Shown piece after piece: positions 1-15,049 of a DNA stretch of 64,000 nt. This DNA is from the human T2T-CHM13v2.0 reference genome, Homo sapiens. Position numbers and translations under genes: made by a program. The notes below the pieces were generated by a model, which saw nothing but the letters and a program-made list of their open reading frames with translations, searched no databases and was not told where the DNA came from. The stretch lies in NCBI GenBank assembly GCA_009914755.4, contig CP068257.2, positions 27,392,001 through 27,456,000 of the forward strand, in the 5' to 3' direction. Each line of letters starts with the position of its first letter. The first letter of the stretch is position 1.

Positions 1-187
1 GTCTCAGCCTCATGAGTAGCTGGGATTACAGGTGTGCTCCACCACACCCAGCTAATTTTTGTATTTTTAGTAGAGACAGGGTTTCACCATGTTGACCAGG
101 CTGGTCTTGAACTCCTGACCTCAAGTGATCCGCTTCCTCAGCATCCCAAAGTGCTGGGATTACAGGCGTGAGCCACCGCGCCCGACC
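1..187 (-). mobile_element. Alu (truncated by window start)
   Basis: Antisense Alu consensus ...gggattacaggcgtgagccaccgcgcccg. Confidence 0.9.
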
Positions 188-587
188 TTCAACAACATTT
201 TTAATGGCATATTATTGCATTTAGCAAAGACCATGGATGTATATTTCATAATTTATTTAGATAATTTTCTACTGTTACAGATTTAGGTAATCTTTAACTT
301 TTTAGTATTATGAATGGCTCAGTAGTAAACAACTTTATAGCTAAATCTCTCTGTACATCCAAATATTTTCCTAATACACATACATAATTTTTGAATCGAA
401 GGGTGTAAACATTTTTAAGACTCTTTTGATCCTGTTGCTAAATTGCCATCCAGAAATGTTTTACTAATTTCCAGGCCCCCTATTAGCGTAGTAAAGTGCC
501 CATTTCCCTGAACCTTCATCGGCACTGGTTAGTATCATCTGTAAACATCTGTGCTGATTTGGTAGTTAAAAAAGGTTACCTTCTGAC

Positions 588-987
<400 letters not shown>

Positions 988-2047
988 TCATTGGACATAA
1001 AGCTAATTATGCCACTTGACTAGTTTCTAAACCTCCAGTGTTCCTGGAACAACTCAGCACTGTAGAGTGGTTTGCAAAGCTCTTTACTTATCTTGGCCCC
1101 AACAGAGTTTTCAGCCTCAGGTTCAACTGCTCATTTTTGCACATTGTGTAACTCCGTCATCTGGGGAGACAGCATGCACTTTCACATGTTTTTGTTCTTG
1201 GCATGGGCATTTTCAGATTGCCCTTCACTCCCTGAGGTCGCAGTTTAAAGTGTGAGCTATGAAGTCTGAAAGACTTGAGTCTAAATTCTGGCATAGATAC
1301 TCAGTAGTTATGTGGGTACTAAATCTTAGTTTTCTCATTTGTCATTGGGAATAATAGTGTCTTCTAGGGTGATTGTAAGGATTAAATGGGATAATGTATT
1401 CAAAACATTTAACAAAGTTCATAGGACATATTTAATTAATATCAGCAATTTTTATTACTATTATTATCTTCTAGGATTGCACAGATGTTACCTCCCCTGT
1501 GAAACTTTTGGTGACTTTAGCCTTCTCTGCTTGTGCTGCTATACCATGTTTCGGAGATTCTTATACATTAATTTATTTAGCTGCCTTTCCTTCCAGAATG
1601 TGAGCTACTCAAAGAAAACAGCTGTGACTTGGTCAATTTTGGGCTCCTGAGCGTCTAGCACAGTGCCTGCCCTATAGTAGGTGTATTATTGACTAAATGA
1701 AGGACGTTTTCTACAAATCTTTAAAGATAAAGAGAATCATAAGTATGATAAAGGGCCTTAATTTAAAGGAAATAGCCAAATAAATTGAAATGAATTTGTA
1801 GTGGGGGACAGTGGTGGTTATATTTAGGACTTCAAGAAAGCGAAACTTCACAAATTTGTGTCAAATCTCTTTCTCACATATTTATCTCATATTATTCAAA
1901 TATCAAACAATTTTAAGTTCAGAATATCTTAACAGTTTATAGAGTAAATTTCATTTTTGAAATGTGAATCGAGGGTAAGTTTTGAGATTAACTGAAGAAA
2001 GTCATTTTTGACCTTATATATTCCTTGTCTATTATTTGTTTTAATAG

Positions 2048-2226
2048 AACCTGTGTGCAGACACATTAGAAAAGGATTGGAACAAGGTAATTTGAAAAAG
2101 GCTTTAGTGAATGTGGAATGGAATATCTGCCAAGACTGTAAGACTGACAATAAAGTGAAAGATAAAGCTGAAGAAGAAACAGAAGAAAAGCCTTCAGTTT
2201 GGCTGTGTCTTAAATGTGGCCATCAG
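2048..2226 (+). CDS. USP16: USP16 coding exon (ZnF-UBP part: (E)[59 protein letters not shown])
   Basis: Acceptor tttaatAG at 2046-2047, donor GTATGC at 2227; translation matches USP16 N-terminal zinc-finger UBP region; enters in phase 1 (1 nt from an upstream exon outside window). Confidence 0.9.
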
Positions 2227-2892
2227 GTATGCTTACGTTTTAAGATCAATATGGGATTTTAGAAAACTCTTTGAACTTACTTTAGAAGGTATTACCTGAA
2301 AGTACAGTATGGATAAAAGGATACTAGTAACATAGATCATGTTCTCTGGAGAACCAGTTCTGAGATGTGTGTATAGGTGGTGGAGTGTTCTCTGGTACCA
2401 CACCAGTAAAAGTAAGGGAAGCAAGATTAAGCATAGGGAGAAGTTGAATGAAGAGGCAGTGGCAACAGGGTCTCAGCCAATCCCACAGTGATCTCTTGCC
2501 TGAATTGAGGCAAGGAGCTAGACCTTTCTACCTGTGCATAGACCAGTCATTGGATGTGGCCTGCCCCTAGAGCAGGAAGTAACCTTGGGCAAGGCAGCTC
2601 CCTTTTGTTGAGACTGATTCCTGGGGATGGATGGACTAGACTGTGAGCTCTCAGCCGGCCACATTCTCAGCACCTGGGGGAATGAGTAGTACCTTGATCT
2701 TTGGCAGTGAGGGCATGTCTGGCTGGCACATCACAGTATCTACTCTACCAGCTCACAGTTATTACCGTGGTACTAAAGTCAGGGTCTCTCAGTTACCCTT
2801 AGTGGTGGCAAGTTAAGCTTATATGTTAGGAAATTGGGCTACTAGGCAGTAGTCATGAAGTCATGAGGCTTCAAGATCAGGCAGATAGCCAG

Positions 2893-3195
2893 TTTTTTGT
2901 TGTTTTTTTGAGATGGGGTCTCACTCTGTCACCCAGGCTGGAGTGCAGTGGCACAATCTTGGCTCATGGCAGCCTCCACCTCCCAGGTTCAAGCAGTTTT
3001 CCTGCCTCAGTCTCCAAGTAGCTGGAATTACAGGTGTGTGCCACCACGCCTGGCTGAGTTTTGTATTTTTAGTAGAGACAGGGTTTTGCCATGTTGGCCA
3101 GGCTGGTCTCAAACTCCTGATTTCAAGTGATCCACTCACCTTGGCTCCCTCAAAGTGCTAGGAATACAGGCGTGAGCCACTGCGCCCAGCCAGGA
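2893..3195 (-). mobile_element. Alu
   Basis: Antisense Alu: T-run then gagatggggtctcactctgtcacccaggctggagtgcagtgg ... gcgtgagccactgcgcccagcc. Confidence 0.9.
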
Positions 3196-3688
3196 TTTTT
3201 TGTTTTTTCACGTTTTCAAATTGAAAATCTTATTGAGGTTATTATAGATCATGTGCAGATCTAACAGATAATACAGAGAAATCCCTATGCATTTTTCTCA
3301 GAGTCCCCCAGTGGTAACATTTTACAAAATGAGTATAATATCACAACCAGGATATTGAGATTGAAACAACACACCAATCGCAATCAGATCTCCTGAGTTT
3401 GACTTCTTTTTTTGTGCATGTGTGTATGTGTACATGTGTATTACATTCTGTACACTTTTGTCACCTGTGTAGATTATTCACCACCACAGTCACGATACTA
3501 AATAGTTGAACATCACAGGGATCTCTTATGTTGCCCTTGTATAATCATACCCACCTCCCTACTGCCACCACTCTCTGCAGCCCCTGGCAACTACCATTCT
3601 ATTCTGTATTTCTAAATTTAGTCATTTCATCAAAAATGTTATGTAAATGGAGTCATACAGTGTGCAACATTTGGGGATTGGCTTTTGC

Positions 3689-3987
3689 TTTTTTCTTTTT
3701 TTGAGGCAGGGTCTCACTCTCTCACCCAGGCTGGAGTTCAGCGGTATAATCACGGCTCACGGCAGCCTTCACCTCCCAGGCTCAAGTGATCCTCCCACCT
3801 CAGCCTCCTGAGTAGCTGGGACTACACCTGCATGCCACCACTCCTGGCTAATTTTTGTATTTTTTGTAAAGATGCGGTTTTGGTATACTGCCCAGGCTGG
3901 TCTTGAACTCCTGGGCTCAAGTGATCTACCCCCCTGGGCCTCCCAAAGTGCTAAGATGATAGGTGTGAGCCACCGTGCCCAGCCAGG
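3689..3987 (-). mobile_element. Alu
   Basis: Antisense Alu consensus. Confidence 0.88.
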
Positions 3988-5750
3988 ATTGGCTTTTTCA
4001 CTCAGCATAATCACCCAAAGATTTATCAAAGCTGTGTGTATCAAGTTTGCTCTTTTTTTATTACTGAGCGTATTTTATGGCATATAGTACAACAGCTTGT
4101 TTTTACTGTTTACCTGTCGAATGACAACATCTGGGCTGATCCCATTTTTTGGTGATTACAAATAAAGCTGCTGTTAACATTTGTGTACAGGTTTTTGTGT
4201 GAACTTAGATTTCATTTCTCTAGGATAAATGCCCAAGAGTGCAATTGCTGGGTCCTATGGCAATTTAATGTTTAGTTTTTTAAGAAACTGCCAAACTGCC
4301 AAACTGTTTTTTCACAGTGACTCTACCTTTTATATTCTTACTAGCAGTGTATGAATGATTCACTTTCACTTTTTCTTCATTTTTGCCAGCATTTACAATT
4401 GTCACAGTTTTTTATTTTAGCCATCATGATAGTTATATACTGATATCTCATTGTGGTCAGTTAAAAAAATCTGTATGTTAGAAAAGATACTGTTTACTTG
4501 TATTTGAAAGGTTTAATTGTAACCTTTTAAATACATATGGTGAGTATGAATATGCTTTGCTATTTCAGTTTTTCAGAATATATTTTGTGTTACAAATTTT
4601 TGTGCTACCTTTTTAATTTGTAAGAATAAGACATGTCAGTATTAACTGCTAACTTTTTTCCCACTAGATACCTTTGGCACTGTTAGCTAATGATTCTTAA
4701 CTGTTGTCTCAAGACAACTATGTTTCAAATGATCTCAAATGATGTTGTAATTTTCAAAAATAGTATCAAATGTTAATTCATTTATTTTGTAATTAAATGT
4801 TCAGTGGGATAAATTAAGCGAATAGTGTTTGGGATCATAGTTAAGGAATTAGAAATTACCAATGTATATTTCTTCTCCAAAGTATATATTTAGCTGCAAT
4901 GGAAACACGACCGGTTGTTGTACTGTGATCCAAAAGTTGATAGACTGGTTCCAGTAGATACACAGTGAAGATATGTTTCTTAGCAGTGATCTGACTAGCT
5001 GAAAGCAGAAGTTTAGGTCATGTTCTTTTATGAATAAGCCTATACATCTTTTAGGTAAAAGTCTCCCATTTACTTGTTTAAATAGTGTTTTTTGACCACC
5101 TCCTGTGTTCTAGAATATTTGGTAATAGATTAAGTCTACTGCCTTGAGCCTTTGGGATTTATAGACCAGGTGAGAAAGGATATAAATATCAATAACGTTA
5201 GTACAAGGTAAAAAATAAGGAATGCCACTAGGAATTCATGCCATGTTTTATAGAATTTGTTTAAAGGAAGGAGACAGTATTTTCTCATCTGGGAGATAAG
5301 TATAGGCTTCTGGGAGGAGGTGGCTTTTGAGCAAGATCTTGAAGAGTGGGTGGGATTTGGTTAGGTAGCAGTGTTCATAAAGGATTCTGGATAAATAGAA
5401 TAATGTGAACAAAATTGCATAGTTGTGAAAAGCGCTCAGTGTGTTTTTAGCTGGTCGTTGGTATGTGAATAAGAGAATGTGGGAGTTAACACTGGAGAGA
5501 TATGTCGGGGTCAGAGGATGTCAGGTTTGTTTATTAGGAGTTTAAGAGTGCAATTCATAATTTTTGAATGGTGTATGAACAGAGCTTTGTTTTAGGAACA
5601 CTAAACTGAAAGAATATGCATGTGAAGAAGGAGGCTGAAGTTAGGGGAATGTTTAGGAGACTGTTAAGGAATCCAAACCAGACTTGACTGCATTAGTGTG
5701 GTTTAATCTGGGCTGGAAAGTTGGACAAGAAGAGTACTTTGAGTGCATGG

Positions 5751-6067
5751 TTTTCTTTTTTTTTTTTTTTTATTTTGAGATGGAGTTTTTGCTCTTGTTG
5801 CCCAGGCTAGAGTGCAGGCCCAGACGTGATCTTGGCTCACTGCAACCTCCGCCTCCTGAGTTCAAGCAGTTCTCCTGCCTCAGCCTCCTAATTAGCTGGG
5901 ATTACAGATGTGCGCCACCACACCCGGCTAATTTTTGTATTTTTAGTAGAGATGGGGTTTCACCATGTTGGTCAGGCTGGTCTCGAACTCCTGACCTCAG
6001 GTGATCCCACCCCTGGCCTCAGCCTCCCAAAGTGCTGGGATTACAGGTGTGAGCCACCGCGCCTAGC
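5751..6067 (-). mobile_element. Alu with TSD
   Basis: Antisense Alu; direct repeat gagtgcatggttttc at 5736-5750 and 6069-6083. Confidence 0.92.
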
Positions 6068-6288
6068 GAGTGCATGGTTTTCTAAATACTTGTTGACTTA
6101 AATGTTCTCAGTTGCCTGTGCATATGTAAGTTTTAACAAAATATTGATTCTAGAGTCTAACATTTTCTTTTCAAGATTGTAAGAATGGCAGAATTTCATG
6201 AGCCACTTCCTTGTTTATGATAGATTATGCATTCTCCCCTCTTGCTGAGTTTTTATGGCTTTGAGGTTTATGATTATGATTTTTTTAG

Positions 6289-6392
6289 GGCTGTGGCAGA
6301 AATTCTCAGGAGCAGCATGCCTTGAAGCACTATCTGACGCCAAGATCTGAACCTCACTGTCTGGTTCTTAGTTTGGACAACTGGAGTGTATG
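6289..6392 (+). CDS. USP16: USP16 coding exon ([34 protein letters not shown] + tg)
   Basis: Acceptor tttttttAG|GGCTGT, donor GTGAGT at 6393; continues ZnF-UBP; phase consistent with neighbours. Confidence 0.9.
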
Positions 6393-6832
6393 GTGAGTTT
6401 CAGTTCCTCTGCCTCTTGGGTGGAAATTATTTGAAATATTAGAGAATGGAAATGTTTAAATATGTTTAAGAAGAAAGCAATTTAAAATTTTTGTAGTATG
6501 TTTTAAAATACCATCACTTTCACAAAGCTAAAGAATGCAGTATTATGAGAAGCTTTTACTTGGACGTTTGCACAAGCACAAACATTGTAACATAGAAGAC
6601 TTAAGAATCTTTACCCCTTTGTTTTTCTTGCTTGTGATATTATAAGGCATATAGTGGAGATAGGGACGCTAAGAACAAATTTCAGATAAAATTGTAATAA
6701 AATTTTGGCTATGAATTTGCATGAAAATAAATGTCAGTCTGGTATGTTATAGATGCTGCATTGTAACATCATTAAAACAGATTTTTACGTCTTAAAAATC
6801 ATTTTCACAGTAGTCTTCACTGAATGACATCT

Positions 6833-7134
<302 letters not shown>

Positions 7135-7172
7135 TGAATGGCATCTTTCAATTGTAAAAGTTGTTACTTTTG

Positions 7173-7510
<338 letters not shown>

Positions 7511-7722
7511 CTACTTATATGCAGCCATAATTCTGGCTAATTTTATTAATAATAAACCAGAGTTAATATGCATAGTCTTCTTCAGGAAAACAGAATTTTT
7601 ACGTTCGGTTTCTTTAATAGAATAAGTTGGCAGTTACACACTTTGATTCCAGGAATTATTATTTGTCTCCCCCTTTTTAGTTGTCATTTTGTCATTTTTC
7701 ATCTCTGATTTTTGGGTCACAG

Positions 7723-7826
7723 GTGTTACGTATGTGATAATGAGGTCCAGTATTGTAGTTCAAACCAGTTGGGTCAAGTGGTTGATTATGTCAGAAAACA
7801 AGCCAGCATTACAACTCCAAAGCCAG
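7723..7826 (+). CDS. USP16: USP16 coding exon (W CYVCDNEVQYCSSNQLGQVVDYVRKQASITTPKP)
   Basis: Acceptor gggtcacAG|GTGTTAC, donor GTAAAA at 7827; first g completes Trp codon started in previous exon. Confidence 0.9.
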
Positions 7827-8727
7827 GTAAAATAATTTGTTTCTTTAATATACACCAAATGTCGATTTGTGTATCTGCTGATACTTAGATTTGTTATACT
7901 ACCTAGCATTACATACAGCTGAGTAACATTAGTTATGGTTGATTGCAAACTATGAAACTATTTTTGGTTTAACTATAAGGTATTAGAAGGGATATGAGAA
8001 ATGATCTAGTCAGATGTGATGAAGGCCATAGACTAAGGTAATGGCCATTAATGCTAAGACTAAGGTAATTCCCATAACCCTAGCCAGGCTTACTATAGAC
8101 CTGCCTTACACTGTTCTTACTGTCGTACATTTTGTAATAGCAAGATTTCAGTCTGTCTGCTGGGATAACATAAAGCATTTGTGATTCCTTCTAATGGTCA
8201 GATATTTCTTAGGTTCTTTCCATGCATAATTAAATTAATTGGCTGACATACAGCATTTGCTTTAAGCATGTTTTTTAAGTTTTTATTGTCACAAGTATCT
8301 TTGTCAGAGCCAGAATTATTTGTTTTTTACTTTAGGATTGATTTTTGACCCACAGAATTCATTAAAAAATTTATTTCATGTCCATGTTCTTGATTGTTTT
8401 ATATTCTTAATTTCACAAGGTAAGATGTGTTCATTTGTAAAGAATTTTCGTGCAGTAAAAAAGGGAGATTTATACCAAAGCACATACTGTTTGGTTTCAT
8501 TTATCAAACTAATGCTTACTTTAGGTCTGAGTATTTTTTGTTTACTGGGTTTTGTGTTTTTTTTCTGGATGGCAATTTACCTGTATCTATTTAAAATCAA
8601 ATGGGTGGGTGGGTTGGAAAGAATGACTTCAGGTAAACTCACAAACTCTAGTACTGTTTCCCAAGTATACTTCTGCATTCGATATGACTGTATTACACAT
8701 TTTGCTAAATCTTTTCTTTTTTTAAAG

Positions 8728-8915
8728 CAGAGAAAGATAATGGAAATATTGAACTTGAAAATAAAAAATTAGAAAAAGAGAGTAAGAATGAACAAGAGAG
8801 AGAAAAGAAGGAAAACATGGCTAAAGAGAATCCTCCCATGAATTCTCCTTGCCAAATAACCGTGAAAGGACTCAGTAATTTGGGAAACACATGTTTCTTC
8901 AATGCAGTTATGCAG
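8728..8915 (+). CDS. USP16: USP16 coding exon with catalytic Cys box (AEKDNGNIELENKKLEKESKNEQEREKKENMAKENPPMNSPCQITVKGLSNLGNTCFFNAVMQ)
   Basis: Acceptor ttttaaAG|CAGAG, donor GTACAT at 8916; contains USP Cys-box motif GLSNLGNTCFFNAVMQ. Confidence 0.92.
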
Positions 8916-9001
8916 GTACATTGTCATTTTTTTCCCTTTAAAAAAGCTGTCCTTTTCCTCATAGAATCTGCTACTTACATTATTGAGTTTTTTCCACCTG
9001 A

Positions 9002-9336
<335 letters not shown>

Positions 9337-9785
9337 AAAGAAAACTTAAGGAAAGTTTTATTGCATGACAGTAAGAGAGTTTGGTGAGCACTCGGGTGCA
9401 GTGGGTTTGAAAGAAATATTGCTGCTTCTTTCATGGAGCTTGCACTTGGGTGGAGGAAACACAGGATAACCTCATATAGAAGCAAATACGTACCTACAGG
9501 TAGTGGTAAGTGGTTGTGAGAGAGTCATGGTGGAGGATTGGGGATAGCTACTTCTGATTGGGTGGTGGGAGAATGCCCCACTGAGGTGATGAATAAGCTC
9601 AGAACTGAAGTAGTTATGACCCAAATAGAGTAGGGAGAGAAGCATCTGTAACTTTTCATTTTCCAAGTATAGAGTTTTCAGTGTTGGTCATGATTTTCTG
9701 TTTTGATAGAATAGACACTTAAGAAGTGTCAGAGTTGATTTGCCTTTAAATAATTTTTCTCTTTTTTTTTCACCCTACATTCTAG

Positions 9786-9881
9786 AACTTGTCACAAACA
9801 CCAGTGCTTAGAGAACTACTAAAAGAAGTGAAAATGTCTGGAACAATTGTAAAAATTGAACCACCTGATTTGGCATTAACA
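9786..9881 (+). CDS. USP16: USP16 coding exon (NLSQTPVLRELLKEVKMSGTIVKIEPPDLALT)
   Basis: Acceptor cattctAG|AACTTG, donor GTATGT at 9882; 96 nt, phase 0-0. Confidence 0.9.
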
Positions 9882-10476
9882 GTATGTTCTTTAAACTTTT
9901 CTAGTCTGTAACTTTCCTCTCTGAATGTGTGTTTTCTAAATTATTTTAAATAACTGACACTCATTTCCACTGTTTTTGTTTGTTTTGTTTTACTTTAGGC
10001 TACTAACTTAAACAGTTTCAGGCTAATAGAAGTTATAAGGAGGCATTACATCTGTTTGCTGTGTGTGTGCTCTGTTTTTCTATGCTCGAGTGTTAAGCTT
10101 CCTTCTTGGGAATGTGTATATGTTTGAGAAGCCTTAGGCTTACATTATTATTTTTAACATCTTTAAGGTGACTTAAGAGCTGTGTAACCAAATAAATATT
10201 ACCTTATCCATTTTTATTATTTACATTTTGCTTTGGCTCTTTCAATTCTTAGGTAGTAAGTGTTCCAGATAATCTAAAACTAAAATAGTAGAGCTGAATT
10301 CTGCATAAGACAGTCTGTGACCAAACAGTTTCTATCTCTTTTGATGTACATTTTAAACTTTTAAATGGGGCAGTTCTGTCAGGAACATTGGTAGTATATG
10401 TTAACTAATTAGATTTTAGTAAAGTCAGTGATTCCAGAATTTGACTGAAGAAAGTAATTTCTTTTCCCATATTCAG

Positions 10477-10607
10477 GAACCATTAGAAATAAACCTTGAG
10501 CCTCCAGGCCCTCTTACTTTAGCCATGAGCCAGTTTCTTAATGAGATGCAAGAGACCAAAAAGGGGGTTGTGACACCGAAAGAACTCTTTTCTCAGGTCT
10601 GTAAAAA
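10477..10607 (+). CDS. USP16: USP16 coding exon ([43 protein letters not shown] + aa)
   Basis: Acceptor atattcAG|GAACC, donor GTGAGT at 10608. Confidence 0.9.
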
Positions 10608-10931
10608 GTGAGTATCCACTTCGATTGTGCTTTCAGTGCCTCAGTGAGATGCTGAGAAATAATATTAATATTAAATAGTAAAATATAAAAATATTAATAG
10701 CATTACATTTAGTCAACCCTCTATATACAAAAGGCATAGTTTTTTTTCATTTGGATTTTAAAATATATTTTATGTGATAGTTAAATCTCCCAAGGGTGTT
10801 AATGGACTAAACGGAAATTTGTAGAAACCAGAACTCTCTGAGATTTGGGATATGATCCTAAGATTTTCTAAAAATAGCTTCAGAGCTTAGTAGACTGAAG
10901 ATTGCTTTTCTGTCTTTTTGTTTTTCTCTAG

Positions 10932-11019
10932 AGCAGTGCGGTTTAAAGGCTATCAGCAGCAAGACAGCCAGGAGCTGCTTCGCTACTTATTGGATGGGAT
11001 GAGAGCAGAAGAACACCAA
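10932..11019 (+). CDS. USP16: USP16 coding exon ([30 protein letters not shown])
   Basis: Acceptor ttctctAG|AGCAG, donor GTTAGC at 11020; contains conserved USP QQD motif. Confidence 0.88.
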
Positions 11020-12059
11020 GTTAGCATGTTATGACCATTGTATTTTATGATCTTATCTTCATAAGCTTTCTGTCTCATTTGATATCTTACGAGTTAAAAC
11101 AATGAAAGCTAGTTATTAAGGCCATCATACTTTAAAATTTTTTCTTACACCAGCTTTTTCAACTAGTATGTTTTCACCATTAGAATGAATCCAGAGAATT
11201 AGCAGTAATTCTCTTTCTCATGATGGCTTAAGTTTAGTTGATGTTTACAGCATTAATGTTCTTTAAAGATTCTGTTGTACTAACCTATACGAAGAGAGCT
11301 GCCAAATATTGGAAATTGTTTCTCCCAAACCCAGGTGCAGCACACCCTTACTTTTAATTCTGAGTCTGATTTAATACTGTTTTTTGAACCTAGGAAGTAT
11401 TTTCATTTTGTAAGAGTCAGGGAACATTGGTTGCATTTTAAAATTTTTGTTACTTGCCAGGATATAAAAAAATGTATTTGGGGTATGAATTAATGAGTAC
11501 TAATAATAGTGATAATAACTAATATTTATTTCGCACTTATTTTTATGCCAATCACTGTTTTCAGTGTTTTGTATTAATTCCCTTACTTCGTTCTCACAAA
11601 GTTTCTGTGAGGTGGATACTGTGATTTTTTCCTATTCCATAGATTGAGAATCTAGGCTGTAGAGAAGTTCAGTACCTAGTTTAAGGTCCCCCAGAAATAA
11701 TGGAGCTGGGCTTTAAGCACTGGAGTCAGACCCTGTGGCTGTCATGTAATCATTGTGCTTGTAGGACAAGCTATTTCAGTTTCTTCTCAAAGGTGGTGGG
11801 CATGTTCTGAAAACCTTTGGCTTGAAGAGGTTTAAGATCTTGAAATGATAAGATAATACCTTTATTCAATGGTTAGTGATTGCTTTGTGACATAATTCCT
11901 TTTTAGCTCCTTGAATTAAGTTTGAAAATGTGATTTTGGAATTATTTAGTAAATATGGGGAGCTGTATCCTGATCACTTTCTTGACTTGATTACATATTT
12001 CTAAGGAAAATAAAATTTAAAATTTAATAGTATATATATATCCATTTTATTACTTTTAG

Positions 12060-12138
12060 AGAGTGAGTAAAGGAATACTTAAAGCATTTGGTAATTCTAC
12101 TGAAAAGTTGGATGAAGAACTAAAAAATAAAGTTAAAG
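12060..12138 (+). CDS. USP16: USP16 coding exon (RVSKGILKAFGNSTEKLDEELKNKVK + g)
   Basis: Acceptor tacttttAG|AGAGTG, donor GTAATG at 12139. Confidence 0.88.
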
Positions 12139-13462
12139 GTAATGTCTGACTTTTTGAACTAAAACACTATAGTTGAATTCCTCTGTACCTTAGGACAAGA
12201 TTGCTGGCACATATATTTCCAAGTCCACAATTATTAATGTATAATTTCTCTTTATCAACGTTGATTAGTAAAAATTATTCAGTGCTCCAGAAGTGAACAG
12301 TTTTACCCCATGGTGTATTCTTTTTATGTATTAAAGATAGAACTATGATGAATTACAGTTTTACTTTTCAAAAGCTTAAAATTATAATTAGCAGTAATAC
12401 ATGAATTATATTTGTTACTGTGAGTTGTCAGTAGTTGGTTTATTAATCATGGAGCCAACTTAGTTCTTATTATGTGGCGTGTAAAGATTTAGGGCAGATC
12501 TGCCCAGTAGAACTTCCTATGTTGATGGAACTCCTCTATACCTTTGCTGTTCCATATAGAAGCAACTAGGCACGTGTGGCGCCTGAAATGTGACTGGTGA
12601 AACTGAGGAACTACATTTTTATTTTTATTTAATTGTAATTAAATTTAAATAGCCGTAAGTGACTAAGGGCACTGTATTATAAAGCACAGATTTGAATCAA
12701 CTCATAGCAACTCTTTGCCTCCTTGGTGCCCTTTAGAGCCTGGCCAGTAATGGAGAGAATTACCCCTGCTGGCATTTTCTGTCAGAAAAGTGTGGTTCTG
12801 CATAAATTATCATTTGAATAATGCTTATAGGTTTCACGTATTTGGAAAATTGGCTGATCAAGTAGTAAAATTATGGCTTTTAGTTATATTAAACTTATCA
12901 AGATTATTTCTGGGAGCATAGGAAAATAAAAGGAAGATTTTGTTTGAAATATTTTCCTGAGGTTTTTCTTTTGTTTTTAAAATATCAAAGGAGTTCAGTC
13001 TTAGAGTTCACAAAACAAGTTACATGCATTTTCTCTCCCAGTTTGCTACTCTGGTATCTTTTATCAGTCTTGAATGTTAGAATGTTAGAGCTAGAACTAA
13101 GGAACTAGGCTGTCATTCAGCCTACTCTGAGCTGTTCATTTTATACTAATGGAGAGAGAGAGAAAGACATAGAAGTCTCACTGACTTGCACAGTTTACTT
13201 CCCACTGACTAGATCTTGGATAAGGACTTTTTGTCTTATTCATAAAAGGCGATTGTGTTCAATTATGTTATGCTCAGAGGTGGAATATATAATACTGACT
13301 TCTATTGCTTAAAAAAGGTGATTATGAATGGAGGAAGAAGTCTGTGGGACAGGAAATTTAAAATAAAATTTTAGAGTTAGATAGGTAAGTAGTTTTAGCT
13401 TTTCTTGTTTAATTAATTATATAACGGTAATTGGTAATTGATAGACTTTTTTTTCTCCATAG

Positions 13463-13554
13463 ATTATGAGAAGAAAAAATCAATGCCAAGTTTTGTTGAC
13501 CGCATCTTTGGTGGTGAACTAACTAGTATGATCATGTGTGATCAATGCAGAACT
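13463..13554 (+). CDS. USP16: USP16 coding exon ([31 protein letters not shown])
   Basis: Acceptor ttctccatAG|ATTATG, donor GTAAGT at 13555. Confidence 0.9.
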
Positions 13555-13921
13555 GTAAGTAGATGTCATGTATACTGGGTTTATTTGCTAATATTCAACA
13601 GTTTATCAATTGTTTATTTCAAAAGCAGAAATCTCTACCTTCATAGGATATCTTTTTAAACTATTCAGATGCTATTCAGATGTGCATGGTTCTTTGTGGG
13701 AAATGTCAGCACTCCTTAAATCTTGAAGACGTTAAACAGTTTGATTTATTTCCCCCAACCCAAAGTCCTCAATGTTGTGTAATTTTTCATTTCAAATTTT
13801 CTTAAGCCTTTGTTTATTTTAAAACCCATCCCCTACTCCCCATCCCACAGGGCAGGGAGGATCTTACTATGTAACATTTACAGTATTTACATTTTTACAC
13901 TGTCTTTTCTGATTGGTTAAG

Positions 13922-13978
13922 GTCTCCTTGGTTCATGAATCTTTCCTTGATTTGTCCCTCCCAGTTTTAGATGATCAG
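13922..13978 (+). CDS. USP16: USP16 coding exon (VSLVHESFLDLSLPVLDDQ)
   Basis: Acceptor ggttaAG|GTCTCC, donor GTAAGA at 13979; 57 nt phase 0-0. Confidence 0.85.
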
Positions 13979-14872
13979 GTAAGACTATTGAATTTATTTT
14001 ATTCAAGTAGATTTTTTTTCCTGTAAGATTTTGTGGGGGGAAGCCTTGTTACTCTTTTTAAGTTTGTATATTACTAGCCCATGCAGAAATTTTTCTTAAT
14101 TTGAGGTAGAATGCATTTTAGGATTTGAATAAAGAACAGGGTAACTACTTTAAAAACAAGGATGGAAAAAAAGATGATGTATTCAGAATTCTGTACAAGT
14201 AATTAGTTTGATTGGTTTCCATACAGTGAAGTATTTTCCTTATATTAAAATTAATACTTATTTTTGTTATTTAAGACTAATCACGAATCCCTTGCACACC
14301 TAAGTTCATAAATGTTAAAGAGTATTATTTTGTTTTAATTTGGTTCCTTTTAAATAGTAGTAGGAAAAAAGAAGAGATGTTATGAGTATTGGATAAATCA
14401 TTCTTCAACTTCATATGAATTATGAGACCCTTGGCTTGTTAACTTGGCAATTAAAGTCTCACCAAATTTTATTTTCTGTTTTTCTGAAACTGTCATATGC
14501 ATGCAAAGAAAGAAAAGAATAAAAAAGAATACACCGTGGTGACTTACATAAGTCACTTAGAAAATGTATTTGGAAATGGACGTATTTACAGTGTGACACA
14601 GCATGTATCTAATAAATTTCGTTATATTTCTATTACACTTACATGTGATGTTGCCTTTTGCTGTTTTGTTGGTTTGCTTGTTTTCTCATTATGTGAAGAT
14701 TGCTTTCTAGTGTATGAGATAAACGAATTTTGTCTCATCTATTTTCAAATATTGTGGAAAAAAAAAGCTAATACATAATAGAAGTAGAAAAATATTTACA
14801 TAGTGTGGATTTTTTTTCACCAAATGGTAGTTGTAAAATTTTGTTTTTGACCTATGTTATCTATATTTTAAG

Positions 14873-15049
14873 AGTGGTAAGAAAAGTGTAAATGATAAAA
14901 ATCTGAAAAAGACAGTGGAGGATGAAGATCAAGATAGTGAGGAAGAAAAAGATAACGACAGTTACATAAAAGAGAGAAGTGATATTCCTTCTGGAACAAG
15001 TAAGCACTTACAGAAAAAAGCAAAGAAACAAGCCAAAAAGCAAGCCAAG
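14873..15049 (+). CDS. USP16: USP16 coding exon (SGKKSVNDKNLKKTVEDEDQDSEEEKDNDSYIKERSDIPSGTSKHLQKKAKKQAKKQAK)
   Basis: Acceptor tattttaAG|AGTGG, donor GTGGGT at 15050; acidic/lysine-rich low-complexity insert of USP16. Confidence 0.9.

Noticed and set aside
8320-8772. 150-aa + ORF
   Set aside because: Runs through intron sequence into the true USP16 exon (8728-8915) in the wrong frame; Phe/Leu-rich low-complexity translation; real exon defined instead by splice sites and protein match.
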